A stretch of 64,000 nt of DNA from Podarcis melisellensis (lineage: Eukaryota), in the NCBI GenBank assembly GCA_964234715.1, contig OZ174282.1; one strand, 5' to 3'. The stretch's first letter is position 1; each line of letters begins with the position of its first letter. Below are positions 37,940-51,195 of this stretch, piece after piece. The notes under the pieces were generated by a model. The model searched no databases, was not told the origin of the DNA, and saw only the letters and a list, made by a program, of their open reading frames with translations. Position numbers and translations under genes: made by a program.

Positions 37940-39560
37940 ACAAACAGCCTGTTCAAAGCCAGCCTTAAAAGTTCTCCTTCCCTCTCTCTCCCCCCCACAC
38001 CACACACACACACCTCCCCCCCACATCGGAATTAATTAAACATAAAATGAGTGTTAAATTTCAAAGTTCAATGCAGCAAGGATTATGGTGGGGATTTTTA
38101 GTATCTATTTGTCACTGTTCGATGTGGCTTTGCGCAGCAAAGCCACTGAGATGGAATATTTGGAGCATTAAGGCCACCCTGGAATCAAAGATGTTCGGGA
38201 AAGTAGTAAAGAACAACAGCAAAAAAAAAATGACATTTTTTTGCTCTGTAAATTTTATTGCTGAAAGGTGATACAATTTCCTGTTTGCTTGGGGCATGCG
38301 GGGGGGGGGACGGGGGGGCGATAGACCCTGCAGGAGTTTCTTTGCAGAGCTGAAATAAATGACATATCTAAGATGCAACAGAAAGCACACACACATGGAT
38401 CTTACTCTGTGTACAATGCAACTGAGGTTGGTTTTTTCCCCGCACCGTAAGGTCCCCTCTTAATTTTTCAGTGAACAATACAGCAGGCTTGCAGGCAGCG
38501 TTGCTAATGGAATTGTGCCACTTCTCTCCCCCCCCCCTTGCTGAAAACAATCTTGATGTCGAATCACACACACACACACACACAAGATTGGTGAAAAGAA
38601 ATTTTCACCATTATTTATTTCACTGCAGAAGGGTTTCTATATGCAACTGACCATGGGCAAATTGAATCTTTGACATAGCTACACATGTCAAAATTCTGGC
38701 ACAAAATTTAAAAAAGTATATTATTTGGCTGCATCTAAGTGTTGCCAGCTGCTCCTGTGCTGCTACCAATATAATGCTTAAAATGTTTTAATAATATCTT
38801 AATAGCTTCCCACCCACCCCCCTTTCCAAAGAGTACTTTGCTAATGGGCAATTTTGCTTTCACGGAATAGCGCTTTCTGCTGCCCTTTTTGCAAAAGGCT
38901 CATCCCGTATCACTTCTTTAAGAGATCAGACGTTTTCTTTTCCCTGAAGGTTCAAAAGATCTGTAAGTTGACATAATTCTGTGCAAGTCGCTCTGGCAGT
39001 GTAACGTAAGATGGTCCATATTCCCTCCAGACTTTGGCCTCTGTAACTGTGCCCATCACTCACTTAACTTCACCTTATCTTTAAATAAGTTTAACCAAAA
39101 GGGACTTGTTCAAGTCGCCACCTCTTGAGTGATCTGAATCATTTATGTGATCTTCATATGCGCTTGTTAAGCTCTATCCAGCTGGCCTGTGTATAGTCGC
39201 CTTTGGTACACCCGACACTGCTGCATTGGAATTAAAGCAACAAGAATATGACACTATTGTGTCTACCTTCTAGGGAAATGAACAATTCTCACTGCCTCCC
39301 CTCCACTAGGGATGGGCAAATCTATCCATTTGAGTTTCTCTATATTTCTCATTTTTCCAACCTCCGCATTTCCACATCAGTTTGCAATCCAAAACATCAC
39401 TCAATTCCTTGATCTCCCATTTGTTGAGTTTTGTTTTGTGACAATGATGAGCAACCCTCCCTGCAGTTCTTCTTCTGGTGGATTAAACACTTTGGGCCTT
39501 TAGCTTAAAAATGCATGGATTACTTACTTTGGCCTTCCAGATGGCTGTTTCAATGCCCTA

Positions 39561-39923
39561 AAGGTAAAGGTAAAGGTACCCCTGCCCGTACGGGCCAGTC
39601 TTGACAGACTCTGGGGTTGTGCGCCCTTCTCACTTAAGAGGCCAGGGGCCAGCGCTGTCCGGAGACACTTCCGGGTCACGTGGCCAGCGTGACAAAGCTG
39701 CATCTGGTGAGCCAGCGCAGCACACGGAAACGCCGTTTACCTTCCCGCCAGTAAGCGGTCCCTATTTATCTAGTTGCACCTGGGGGTGCTTTCGAACTGC
39801 TAGGTTGGCAGGCGCTGGGACCGAGCAACGGGAGCGCACCCCGCCGCGGGGATTCAAACCACCGACCTTTCGATCGGTAAGCCCTAGGCGCTGAGGCTTT
39901 AACCCACAGCGCCACCCGCGTCC
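39561..39923 (-). mobile_element. Full-length Sauria SINE with 16-bp TSD
   Basis: (ACCTTT)n tail, intact head; exact TSD ctgtttcaatgcccta at 39545-39560 and 39924-39939. Confidence 0.95.
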
Positions 39924-39979
39924 CTGTTTCAATGCCCTATCTACGCCCTTGTTGCTTCCATTTTTATATTACTTCTGTG

Positions 39980-40120
39980 CAGGGCTCCCCCCCCCAAGCT
40001 GGAGCTCATTGTAGATTAACTCTGGCACCTCTCCGGTAGGCGCCATTGCCGTTCTAAGAGAACAAGGGAAAAATTCATGGTGAGCTCTGGCACCTCTTTT
40101 TCTAGAAAAAAATAGCATTG
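39980..40120. mobile_element. hAT MITE, same family as 44640-44758 in opposite orientation
   Basis: cagggct...ggcacctctttttctagaaaaaaatagcattg; imperfect TSD cttctgtg / tttctgta. Confidence 0.75.
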
Positions 40121-40599
40121 TTTCTGTACATTAAGAAGTAGTACCAGGACCAAGTTCACAGTCAAAGTCTTGTTATGTATATTGTGTTTGTTGTTGTGTA
40201 TTTCTTATCTGTCTGGAAAAAATGCAATAAAAATCTTTTTTTAAAAAAGAAAAAGAAAAAAAGAAGAGTCATTGGAAAGCTGAACCAGAATCACCTATGG
40301 GACCCAGAATAATTTTGTGGGGGACATAGCTCTCTCAGAGAAGGAGAGCCACCAGGCAGTGTGAAAAATGGATAGGTTTGAGAAGAATTTGGTTTTCATT
40401 CTTTATTTCATAAATAAGGGGCAGCATACCCCATGGTCTCTCAAGCTCCTCTGTGAAAAGGGAACTCACTTAAGGTGGGGTAATGCATGAGGCATAGGAT
40501 TTGTGCTTTAAGATGAAACTCCAAATGCATGAGAGCAGAGCACTCATAATATCACACTGGTGGATACTTTCCTTGCTTCTGCACTGTGATTTGCTTTGT

Positions 40600-41011
40600 A
40601 CAAACTCATAACTGAAACAATGGGGGGGTGGAATCTTTTTTAAAAGTGTGTTCATGAAAATTCATCATTGTAGTTCAATTTTCTCAAAATATGCAAATTT
40701 TTGAATGCAATTTTGCCTATTGTACCATTTTTTGTGTGAGACCATTTCCTTGATATAATGCATTTTCTACTTTCACTGCATTTACAAAAATGCAGTAACA
40801 CATTACTTTCACTAATATATTCATGCATCTACAAGCCTTAACCTAGTTGAGCATTTTTTTAAACATCATTTGACTGTAGAACTGCATTGCAAAATTCAGA
40901 GGAGTGCAAACTTTGCAGGATGGCTGCATTTGGGTTTCCCTATCATTTTGGAAGGTGAATGAGGCAATTTTGCCTTTAAGTGCAAACTGAATCGAAATTC
41001 TCCCCCATCCC
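40600..41011. mobile_element. tagggatgg-terminus DNA transposon fragment
   Basis: Ends gcaaactgaatcgaaattctcccccatccct. Confidence 0.65.
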
Positions 41012-41929
41012 TTCTGTCCCATATAGTGACAGGGTTATCTCGCAATGGATACTTTGGCAATGTTATTTTTCTAGAACCTTCTTCCCCTGCCTGACCCCAC
41101 CCTTTCCCCCCTTTCTTCACTAAATCATTTTTTTAAGAAATCCCCATCCCAAATTACAGTGAATTCAATGCAGATCTACGAATCGCGAAGGGCTACCACA
41201 AAGATGGGGGTAATGAACTTTTCTTTGAAACAGTTCATTTTTGCAGTTAACAAATTAGCAGCAGAAATCATAGCCATTATGATTATAGGGCTTTGCGCAC
41301 ACACAAAAATCTATTAACTCAGTCAAGGTATTATAATAATAAACAATAATAAAAACAGCCTTTAAAATGAGTCGGAACCATGTTTTCCAGTAAATTTGTC
41401 CCAGGAGTGGCACTTAAACTTTAAGTATAATAATAACAATTAAAAATGCAGTCCTCTTATGCTGCAAATTTTCTAAAGAATGATCCCAATAAAAGATTTC
41501 AAACTGTATATAGAGATTGCTCAAATTATCATTGGAAAGGACTGCTTCCTGCAATTTTAAGATGCAAGGCATTTTGTTTTATTTATTTTTTTAAAAAAAA
41601 CAATCTCTTATCTACTGGGTATCGTTTTGGCTTTTAGGAGGCAGAAGCTTAATTGACCAATATCAAATTAGGCCAGAACTCAAGAGTGAAAACACCAATG
41701 TATAGCAGAAGTGTTTGCCAAAGAATCCTTTGTTTGTGAGCTTCATAAAATGGAAGTTATCGTGCCTGCTGCAGATTCTGTGGAAGCCTATGGCTCCCAG
41801 GAAACAAGAGCAGATATCTTTCTATCGCCCAGGAAAAGGATGTATGAGATGTTGCCATATCTTGAAGCAAAGGAGCGACAGAAGAAATATAGCAAGTGGC
41901 AATTCTGTTTTTTAAAAAATATCTACTTT

Positions 41930-42530
41930 GTGGTTTAAACTCCCAGAGTGGTCAGAACTCCAAGAGTGGTTTAACACTTAATTCCTCTTCCCAGGGAACT
42001 CTGGGAATTGCAGCTCTGTGAGGGGCATTGGGAAGTCTCCTCAATACTCTCAGTGCCCTTAGCAAACTACAGCTCCCAGAATTCTTTATTTTAAAATAAT
42101 ATTTATTACTTTTCCAACAATTTAAACACTACAAAACAAAATGGACAATACAATACAATACAAAAACACCACACAACACTAACACATTAGACTAACACAA
42201 CAAAATAAAAACAGTTTAAAACACATCATACAGTTTCATCATCCTATCCTTCATTCACTTATTTCAACGACCTCCTCACACCTCCCTTTTTGTATTCCAC
42301 TTCTGTTAATTGTTTCAGCAATTCCTTTCCATCTTCCTCTGTTTTCTATCCTATAATTATCTTAACATATTCTAACCTTATTTTTTCTTTTAATACTCTA
42401 ATTATTTATACTTAATTCCTTATAATATTTCTACTAAAGCCATATAACTTCATTCCCACATACAGCTCCCAGAATTCTTTGGGGAGAGCCATGGCTGTTT
42501 AAAGTAATAGAACAGTGCTTTAGATATAGG
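41930..42530. mobile_element. Harbinger-type MITE fragment hosting an L1-like insertion
   Basis: cctcttcccagggaactctgggaattg...aaactacagctcccagaattcttt|ggggagagccatggctgtttaaag. Confidence 0.7.
42088..42460 (-). mobile_element. L1-like 3' UTR insertion with 20-bp TSD
   Basis: Exact TSD tacagctcccagaattcttt at 42068-42087 and 42461-42480; the minus strand has a purine-rich then GT-rich UTR with AATAAA near the end. Confidence 0.8.
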
Positions 42531-42729
42531 CTTAGGCTGCGCATGTAGCCTCACAAAATGGCTGAGAAGCTCTGAGGTGGCCGGGAAGCAAGTTGTGAAA
42601 TTAGCCAGATTTGACAAGTCCAAGTTCACTGCCACAGCTTCCTGAGACTTGTGGGTTCATGAATAAGAGCTAGAGAGCCAGTGTTGGCCACGGTATCCTC
42701 CTGGGGTCACTGTTGTGCAGTGGTTCTCC

Positions 42730-43160
42730 TCCTTCCTCCTGGGTTGTGTCCACTAAGTAGTGGTGCCTCAGGGCTCCATCCTCTCCCTCATGCTTTTTAG
42801 CATCTATATGAAACCACTGGGAGAGAACCTCAGGGGGGTTGGGCTGGGTGTTGACCAATAAGTGGATGAGACCCAGCTCTACCTCTCGTTTAAATTGGAA
42901 CCAGTGAACATCCTGTGTGGGTGACTGGAGGCAGTTGGGGGTGGATGGTGGTGAGCAGATCGAGATTAAATCCTAACAAGACAGAAATGTTGTTTATGGG
43001 GAACAGGGAGCAGGTAGGTGTGGGGGGTTGGCTGGTCCTGAATGAGGTAACTGTGCCCCTAAAGGACCAGGAGCACAGCCTGGGAGACATTCTGGACTCA
43101 CAGTTGTCCATGGAGGTGCAGGTCAGTTCTGTATCCAGGACAACATATACCACATCTTGA
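42730..43160 (+). mobile_element. L2-clade reverse transcriptase fragment (decayed)
   Basis: VPQGSILSLMLFSIYMKPLGE, gtggatgagacccagctctacctc (DDTQLYL-like), WM..SRSRLNPNKTEML..ILDSQLSME. Confidence 0.88.
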
Positions 43161-44639
43161 AGCTTCAAATAAGCTTTGTGGAGCCAAAAGCAATACATTA
43201 ATTTGCCATAAATATTGACAAGAGCATTTAAGTCAAGTCAACGGGGATGAGAGCATTTGTTCCAAGGAGGACTTCAGGGTGTTGGAACACCCCAAATGTG
43301 TACATCAATGAAAATTGGGGGGGGGGGGTTCCCTGCCATCCCAGTGCTCTTCATAGGGCTAGGGACAGATAGCAGAAAGCTGAGATGAAATATAGAAGCA
43401 AGGATAGTTGGAAGATGATGGAGGGAAAAAAGAGTAGAGCTGAAAAAGAGAATAAAGAAGAGAAGTGAGGCTCAATCTGCCACAGCACATAATCTATGAT
43501 TAACCTAAACACTGAATAATTTTTGAGGGTTTTGTGGGGGTCTTATGACCTTGATTTTTGGAAATCTCAAGGGATGATTAGTGTCAGTCTTCATCACTTG
43601 GGCACCTCCACTATCCAAATCAGTGATGAAAAGATAACACCCTGAATGTAAATCTTGAACTAGGGTGTTGTAACAATGTATGAATCATTCATGTGAAGTA
43701 GATTGTATTCCCCTCCCTTCAAAATATAATGCCAATGATTTTGTAAGTTCGGGAATGTGCTGGGATTGTACAGCTGTTTGTGGAAGAAGTCGAGAAACCA
43801 TAAAATGTGAAAATGTAGTGCTTATTTTCTCCCTTTCTTACCACCACCCCTCCCAACACTTTCACATTCCTTCTGAGTCAAATGAAGAAGCAGGGCCATC
43901 TGAAAAAAATGTAGCTTATATGTTTGCAGGAAGCAATACTTGTTTCTTGCTGCCAGAAGGCCAAATGAGTTTTCTCAAGTTGCTCGGCTTGGTAGCAAAA
44001 GTTCCTGTTCTACATCCCAGAACTTAAAGAGTCAAAAGTGGGAAGCCATCCTGACTAAGATACTAGATGCCTTTCCAACCTTCTCTTATATTTGGGTCAT
44101 TTTAATTGATCCCAGCAGATTCCTCCACTGCTTGGGCTCCCTCAGTAAGCCCACCGTGAATCATCACCTGGAGATACTCGACTCCTTTCCTAGCAGCTGA
44201 GACAATCCCTTTGGGAAGGAAACTGCTCCTCTCTTCACTCAAGGGAAGATTATTTAACTTCCTCCTTCCTGAGTAGCACCTCCAGAGGAGAATTGAGCAG
44301 GTTCATAGTTCTTCTTCATTATATTTCTTGCCTCTTCCTCGCTAAAGGAAGATTCTGATGTTCACTGAAACACTACATGGCTCAAAACATATTATTGTGG
44401 CTGCTAGCTGCCTATTCCTCTGTTAAGCTACTAGTCCAGGATGGTTCATTGATGGTTCATCAATGGAAGCTAATGAGAGAGTCTCTTGATGGTTGGACAT
44501 TTCGCTGGACTGTTTCGAATGAGATAGCCACCAGGGCTAAAAGAAAGTGAAACCTTCTCCAGCAGGTTGATGAGACAGAGGTGGATGGATGGGAAGCAAG
44601 AGCTGGTGAGTTTGTGGTGACAGAGGTCTGGGTTTTTAG

Positions 44640-44758
44640 CAGGGTATATTTCTAGAAAAAGAGGTGCTTGAATTCAACATGAATACCTCCCTTGTATAAT
44701 GGCAATGGTGCCCACCTGAGAGGTGCCAGAACTGAGTTCCAGCTGAAAAAAAGCCCTG
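44640..44758. mobile_element. hAT MITE with 8-bp TSD
   Basis: TIRs cagggtatattt / aaaaaagccctg; exact TSD gtttttag at 44632-44639 and 44759-44766. Confidence 0.88.
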
Positions 44759-45005
44759 GTTTTTAGCTAAAGGCTGGGAGCTTTGTTTTTGGTTTTTTTG
44801 TGGTAGTGGGAGTATTGCCTCCTTAGAATACGTAAGGCAGCTTAGACCAAAGCAATACAATACAAAATCAGGGGTGAGGGGAGATACAATCTAAAGCAAA
44901 TAAAAATGCAACTTCCCCCCAGAAAAGCTGAACAAAACAGCTGCTACAAGGCTCGAGTGGGTTGATAAGTTTGGTGTATTTTGGGGAAAATAAAAGGGTG
45001 GCTAT

Positions 45006-45345
45006 GGGACATGGGTGGTGCTGTGGGTTAAGAGCCTAGGACTTGCCAATCAGAAGGTCGGCAGTTCGAATCCCCACGACGGGGTGAGCTCCCGTTGCTC
45101 GGTCCCTGCTCCTGCCAACCTAGCAGTTCTAAAGCACATCAAAGTGCAAGTAGATAAATAGGTACCACTCCAGAGGGAAGGTAAACGACGTTTCCGTGCG
45201 CTGCTCTGGTTTGCCAGAAGTGGCTTAGTCATGCTGGCCACATGACCCGGAAGCTGTATGCCGGCTCCCTTGGCCAGTAAAGCGAGATGAGCGCTGCAAC
45301 CTCAGACTGGGCCTAATGGTCAGGGGTCCCTTTACCTTTACCTTT
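45006..45345 (+). mobile_element. Sauria SINE, near full length
   Basis: gggacatgggtggtgctgtggg...gttcgaatccccacgacggggtgagctccc...ggggtccctttacctttaccttt; flanks taaaagggtggcta / taagagggtggcta. Confidence 0.93.
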
Positions 45346-47615
45346 AAGAGGGTGGCTAGATTAAGAGGGTGGCTAGATCCAGTTTCCTGGTAGGTGTCAG
45401 GACAGGCATCAGCTGTGGACCCTACAAGGTTTAAGAATGCCAGGATCGGACACCAACTCAGGTGGAAAGTGATCAGATCTTTTGGCATCTAAAGCAAATT
45501 TCTTCCTAAAGAAGTAGCTTTGTCGACAGAATAATTTACAGCTTCTCCACCTCCCTTGATTACAGTTTTGTTTGTTTGTTTAAGTTTTATATTGCCCGTG
45601 CCTCCTGTGTGCCTTTTGCAAAAATAAAAAATAAAATCAATGGAGGAATAGAGGCCCTTTTAACATTGTGCATTGCTAAACAATTGTATTCACTTTCAGA
45701 AACTTCTTTTCATTTTCTCTTGAAAGGAGACCTAAGCTAAATACCAAAAAATTCCTTCACTGCCTAGCATGGCTGAGTGCACTAAAATATAAAAACCTTG
45801 ATTTAAGCTTTTTTGTATTCAAAGATCATAGGCAAGCATTCATTTGAAGGTTCAGTGGCATTTTGAAATGAGAACATCATATATAAAGATGTCAGCGGTG
45901 GAGCCTCCCATGGTGAGGTTGAAAGAAAAAGAAGAACAGAATGAATAGGAGAGTTTGCAGGTTCCAAGGAATTTTAACATCTCATTACTTAGATTACTCT
46001 ACATGTAATTTTCCAATATTTCATATTATAAACTTTTGAATGGTATTGGTTAAAATTACTTAATGTCTGTCATCAAGTTCTTCTTGTTCATTATCTGCCT
46101 TAAATAAAACACTTTTTTAAAAATAGCTGGTTTCAGTAGGTAAGCAATTTTCTGATAATGCAAATTCTCCGACATTTCCAAAGCTTGCGATGGGGGAGAA
46201 ATGGAGACACACACAGAGAGAGAAAAAACCAGGGGGTTATCCAACCCTGAATATTCTTGAGCAATCTCGTGTTCCAATACATGTCACTGATGGAGTATCA
46301 AAGGGAATAGCATTGCAGTCCATTCCTACAATCCCCTAGTCCTCCCTCCTTTCCACCACCTAACAGGGTTTAGCATTAGCAACCCTGGCATTATCATGAG
46401 ATGCAATGCTTTGGATTGGTCTTTAATCCCGCTCATCAGTCAAATGAGCCACGTGATCAATGCATCACTGTCATAAGTTGCAGCACCCATAGATGGGTCT
46501 CCACATTTGGCCTGAGATCTATCTTGTGCGCAGTATTGATCCAGTGAAATCAAGGTCAGGGATGAGCTCACCAGTCCAACTTGTGTCATGAAATTTGTGC
46601 TTCCATCTTTCAACTTGTGCTTCTGTAGCTTGGCCAGAGAGTGGCTATAAAGACAATGCATGTGCCGGGGGAGAAAAATATGGTTCCTTGGGTGTCTGAA
46701 ATTTTAAACAATTTCTCATTGCAAGACGTGATTCATATTTTGTGACTGTCTTTAAAATGCTGAAGCTATGGTACCTGCTGCCCTTGATGACTTCAATGAA
46801 GTAGCATTTGTATCTTCTGCATTGTATTAATCAATCAGCAAATCTCTCCTTATCCCTGCATGACCAGCGCCATGGTAGGAAGTATTTCTGCAGAGTAAAT
46901 TCAACAGAAAACAGCAAAATCTCAGAAATAAGACCTAAAAGGAATATGGTACTCTCCTAATCCCTCTGGGGGAGCAGAGCCCAGGAGTACAATGGTTCTG
47001 CAAACATGGAAGTCATTCACTGCAATCTTATGAACCAATCCCCAAGCCTTGCACTGGCCCCTGCATTGGGGGAAGGGTGTTTAGGCAATGGCAGTCCATT
47101 ATTGTTTATATTTTGAATTAGATATATATGGGGGCAGCAAAATCTTTTAAAGTGCTTAGAGCCTCTAAAGGTCTTAATCCAGTCCTGCCTGGATCTGCTA
47201 ACATTCCATTTCATTGGATATCCATGAGTTCTGGAGATGTCAGTGATTGGATCTGGGACCTTCTGAGTACAAAAGCTCTACCACTGAGCTTTAGCTAGTG
47301 TGGGAGGGCTGCAGGGGAACCTGTCAAAATCGCCTCCCCTTCTCTTCTACCAACAGAGGCACCAGCTGGATCAAAAGCCCTTCCATGAGACACATTTGGA
47401 TTTCATCCCATGCCTGACACAGATACAGCTGGCCAATTGCCTTTCAAGACCTAACTTCTTAGCATGCAGGCTACTCATTGAAGGAGCAAGCCGGGTAGCT
47501 GTTCATGTCCAGTTTCTGGAGAAGCCCGAAAGCTGGGGGACATGGAGGTGGGAGGGACCAAGGAAGAGGGAGTGTCTTGAAATCCATTTACATTTATTTT
47601 GCATCCCTTAGACTT

Positions 47616-47749
47616 TGTTATGCTGGCCACGTGACCTGGGATCTGCACGCCGGCTCCCTCGGCCAGTAAAGCGAGATGAGTGCTGCAACCCCAGAGTCAG
47701 CCACGACTGGACTTTACCTTTACCTTGGGGTCCCTTTACCTTTACCTTT
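47616..47749 (+). mobile_element. 5'-truncated Sauria SINE
   Basis: atgctggccacgtgacc...gcgagatgag...ggggtccctttacctttaccttt; short flanking repeat ttagact. Confidence 0.88.
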
Positions 47750-48619
47750 AGACTGTAAAATAAAAGGAAAGGGGGGACCAGAAGAAATGAAACACTGTGA
47801 AGATAAGCAGCCAGTCTTCCTTCTCAGGAACTCCAAGTAAAAAAATTACTCAACCCCAACATACCAGATGTATCCAATTAAACTTTGAGGCAATTCAGGA
47901 GATTGTTTTTCCCTTCCCTCCCTCTCCCCCATTTTTGGATGTTCCTCTTTTTTGAATGTGGTTCCTAAATAGTGAGGTACCTGACTATTCACCAACACTT
48001 TTTTTCCTTTTGTCGCAGCTGGATCCAAATCTCACTTATAAATAAATGTGATGCATTGATTTAAACATATTTGTTTTAAATGTTTGCTCATCAGTTTTTT
48101 GAATCACTCCAGCTGCCAGTTTTGTGTCCCCAAAGATGGATTTCTGTTCATTTTTCTTGAACAGGGGTTCTGCACCCCAAGAGTCATGTGACCATAGAAT
48201 TCCATAAGTGTCAATTCGGAAGGTACCCAAAGGGTCCTCTAGTCCACCTCCCTGCAATGCTAGGAAAATTCATTTTGGAAAAACCATCTGTCCCTTTACT
48301 AAAAGAACTAGATCAGTTCATATTCGGATGACAGTTCATGTTCCTCCAAATGATCTGCACCATATATCTATCATCTATCTATCTATATATATCATCTATA
48401 TATCTATATCTATCTACACACACACACATATATGCTGACATGATATATACATGGGAACATTAATTGTCAAATTTATTTCACCTAGCAAATATGTTCATTA
48501 AACTTAAAGGCCCAAAGATTTTAAAGAGTAAGATCCACATGTAAGGGAATGAACTAACAACAAGAACAGACTGAACTTGAAAGTGAACTAGAAATTGTTC
48601 AAAGTTCTAACCCGAAATG

Positions 48620-48842
48620 AACTGGTGTAATGTACTAGTTAGAGTGCAAGGCTAGGATCTGGGAAAGACTAGGTCCCCACTTGGCCATAAAGCTCACTGG
48701 GTGTGATGTTGGGGGTCAGTCACTGCCTCTCAGCCTAGCCTACCTCACAGGGTTGTTGTGTCAATTAAAAGAGAACCATGTATGTGACTTTGAGCTCCCT
48801 GGAGGAAAAGGCGGGATAGAAATGCAGCAAATAAATAATAAA
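48620..48842 (+). mobile_element. Squam3-like SINE
   Basis: gttagagtgc...aagctcactggg...ctctcagcctagcctacctcacagggttgttgtg...tgagctccctggaggaaaaggcgggata. Confidence 0.8.
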
Positions 48843-49067
48843 CTTACTTCAGGTTCATTCACCCAGCAATTATGAGAGCTACTCTCAAATGTACTTCTGA
48901 GATTTTGGAACGAATTTGGTGAACTGGCCTAGTGCCTTCGAAGCACTACATGGGACAGTGAAGGAAGTCTCAGATTGAGGGAAGTCTCGAAAGCATTTGA
49001 ATTCTTATTGAGTTGGCTATCGGGGGGGGGGGGGGAGAGAGAAAAGCTTTCCTGTATTCCAAAGGGA

Positions 49068-49751
49068 NNNNNNNNNNNNNNNNNNNNNNNNNNNNNNNNN
49101 NNNNNNNNNNNNNNNNNNNNNNNNNNNNNNNNNNNNNNNNNNNNNNNNNNNNNNNNNNNNNNNNNNNNNNNNNNNNNNNNNNNNNNNNNNNNNNNNNNNN
49201 NNNNNNNNNNNNNNNNNNNNNNNNNNNNNNNNNNNNNNNNNNNNNNNNNNNNNNNNNNNNNNNNNNNNNNNNNNNNNNNNNNNNNNNNNNNNNNNNNNNN
49301 NNNNNNNNNNNNNNNNNNNNNNNNNNNNNNNNNNNNNNNNNNNNNNNNNNNNNNNNNNNNNNNNNNNNNNNNNNNNNNNNNNNNNNNNNNNNNNNNNNNN
49401 NNNNNNNNNNNNNNNNNNNNNNNNNNNNNNNNNNNNNNNNNNNNNNNNNNNNNNNNNNNNNNNNNNNNNNNNNNNNNNNNNNNNNNNNNNNNNNNNNNNN
49501 NNNNNNNNNNNNNNNNNNNNNNNNNNNNNNNNNNNNNNNNNNNNNNNNNNNNNNNNNNNNNNNNNNNNNNNNNNNNNNNNNNNNNNNNNNNNNNNNNNNN
49601 NNNNNNNNNNNNNNNNNNNNNNNNNNNNNNNNNNNNNNNNNNNNNNNNNNNNNNNNNNNNNNNNNNNNNNNNNNNNNNNNNNNNNNNNNNNNNNNNNNNN
49701 NNNNNNNNNNNNNNNNNNNNNNNNNNNNNNNNNNNNNNNNNNNNNNNNNNN
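49068..49751. other. Assembly gap
   Basis: N run. Confidence 1.
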
Positions 49752-50600
49752 ACAATAAAATGGCTTCTTGAATACTTGCCAATATATTTATCTACAGCAC
49801 ATGTCAAACACTAATGAGAATTTCTGAAGTAATCCCTGAAATTATAAAGGGGGGGCACACGACACAATTATACCCATTTAGATTTTTGTTGTACATTTGG
49901 AGAATAACTGAAATGTGTCTTTTCTTTTCCCCAAACGCTGCTCATATCTTCAGCCTTTATTCTTCCCCAAGCAATAAATTTAACTTCATCTCTGTTTATT
50001 TTCAGTAACCCCCATCTCAGTTTCCTTTGCTGTGCACAGAGGCATGGGAAGGGGGGGGGGGTGCGGGAATCTCCTGCTATATAGTTCAGGAGAGCCGTCC
50101 CTGCAGCTTTGGAACTGCACCGTTTATTTTGAAAAGATTAAGCCCATTAACTGTTTGAACTTTGCCAGTTCAAATTTAGTCTTCCTGCCAAAACCAGCTT
50201 AAATATTTTGAAACGCAGCCCTTCGCGAGACCACCTACAAGTTGGAAAGAGACATGTTTAAAAACATTACGAGGCTCAGAAACTTCCAGTATAGTTTCTT
50301 TTTTACATAGTGGCAAAAATAAGTTGGGGGGAGGCAGGTTTCAAATTACAACCCCCCCAAAGAAAAAGTAATGTGAGGGCCACTCCCTAGGGCATTATCT
50401 GTCTCCCCCCATGTTGGTGTGAGACTTACCCTTTCACTCTCCTGCAGTGAGAGATGGAAGAGAAATCTCTGAGGTCTAGTGACCCATAACAGGAAGATAG
50501 GTTCTGAGGCCAGGCAGACAGCACACCCAGGTTAAGGAAGGTAGGAAGAGACAGTCTTGATGCTCAGTTGTGTTTTTATATTGTAAACTGACCTGGTATC

Positions 50601-51128
50601 NNNNNNNNNNNNNNNNNNNNNNNNNNNNNNNNNNNNNNNNNNNNNNNNNNNNNNNNNNNNNNNNNNNNNNNNNNNNNNNNNNNNNNNNNNNNNNNNNNNN
50701 NNNNNNNNNNNNNNNNNNNNNNNNNNNNNNNNNNNNNNNNNNNNNNNNNNNNNNNNNNNNNNNNNNNNNNNNNNNNNNNNNNNNNNNNNNNNNNNNNNNN
50801 NNNNNNNNNNNNNNNNNNNNNNNNNNNNNNNNNNNNNNNNNNNNNNNNNNNNNNNNNNNNNNNNNNNNNNNNNNNNNNNNNNNNNNNNNNNNNNNNNNNN
50901 NNNNNNNNNNNNNNNNNNNNNNNNNNNNNNNNNNNNNNNNNNNNNNNNNNNNNNNNNNNNNNNNNNNNNNNNNNNNNNNNNNNNNNNNNNNNNNNNNNNN
51001 NNNNNNNNNNNNNNNNNNNNNNNNNNNNNNNNNNNNNNNNNNNNNNNNNNNNNNNNNNNNNNNNNNNNNNNNNNNNNNNNNNNNNNNNNNNNNNNNNNNN
51101 NNNNNNNNNNNNNNNNNNNNNNNNNNNN
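50601..51128. other. Assembly gap
   Basis: N run. Confidence 1.
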
Positions 51129-51195
51129 TCTAAATTAAAAAGTCCCGAACATTGCAACCTTTCTTCATAGGGATGTTGCTTCATCCCCTTAAGCA
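51129..51195 (-). mobile_element. Inverted CR1 ORF2 segment
   Basis: Translates LKGMKQHPYEERLQCSGLFNL. Confidence 0.85.
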
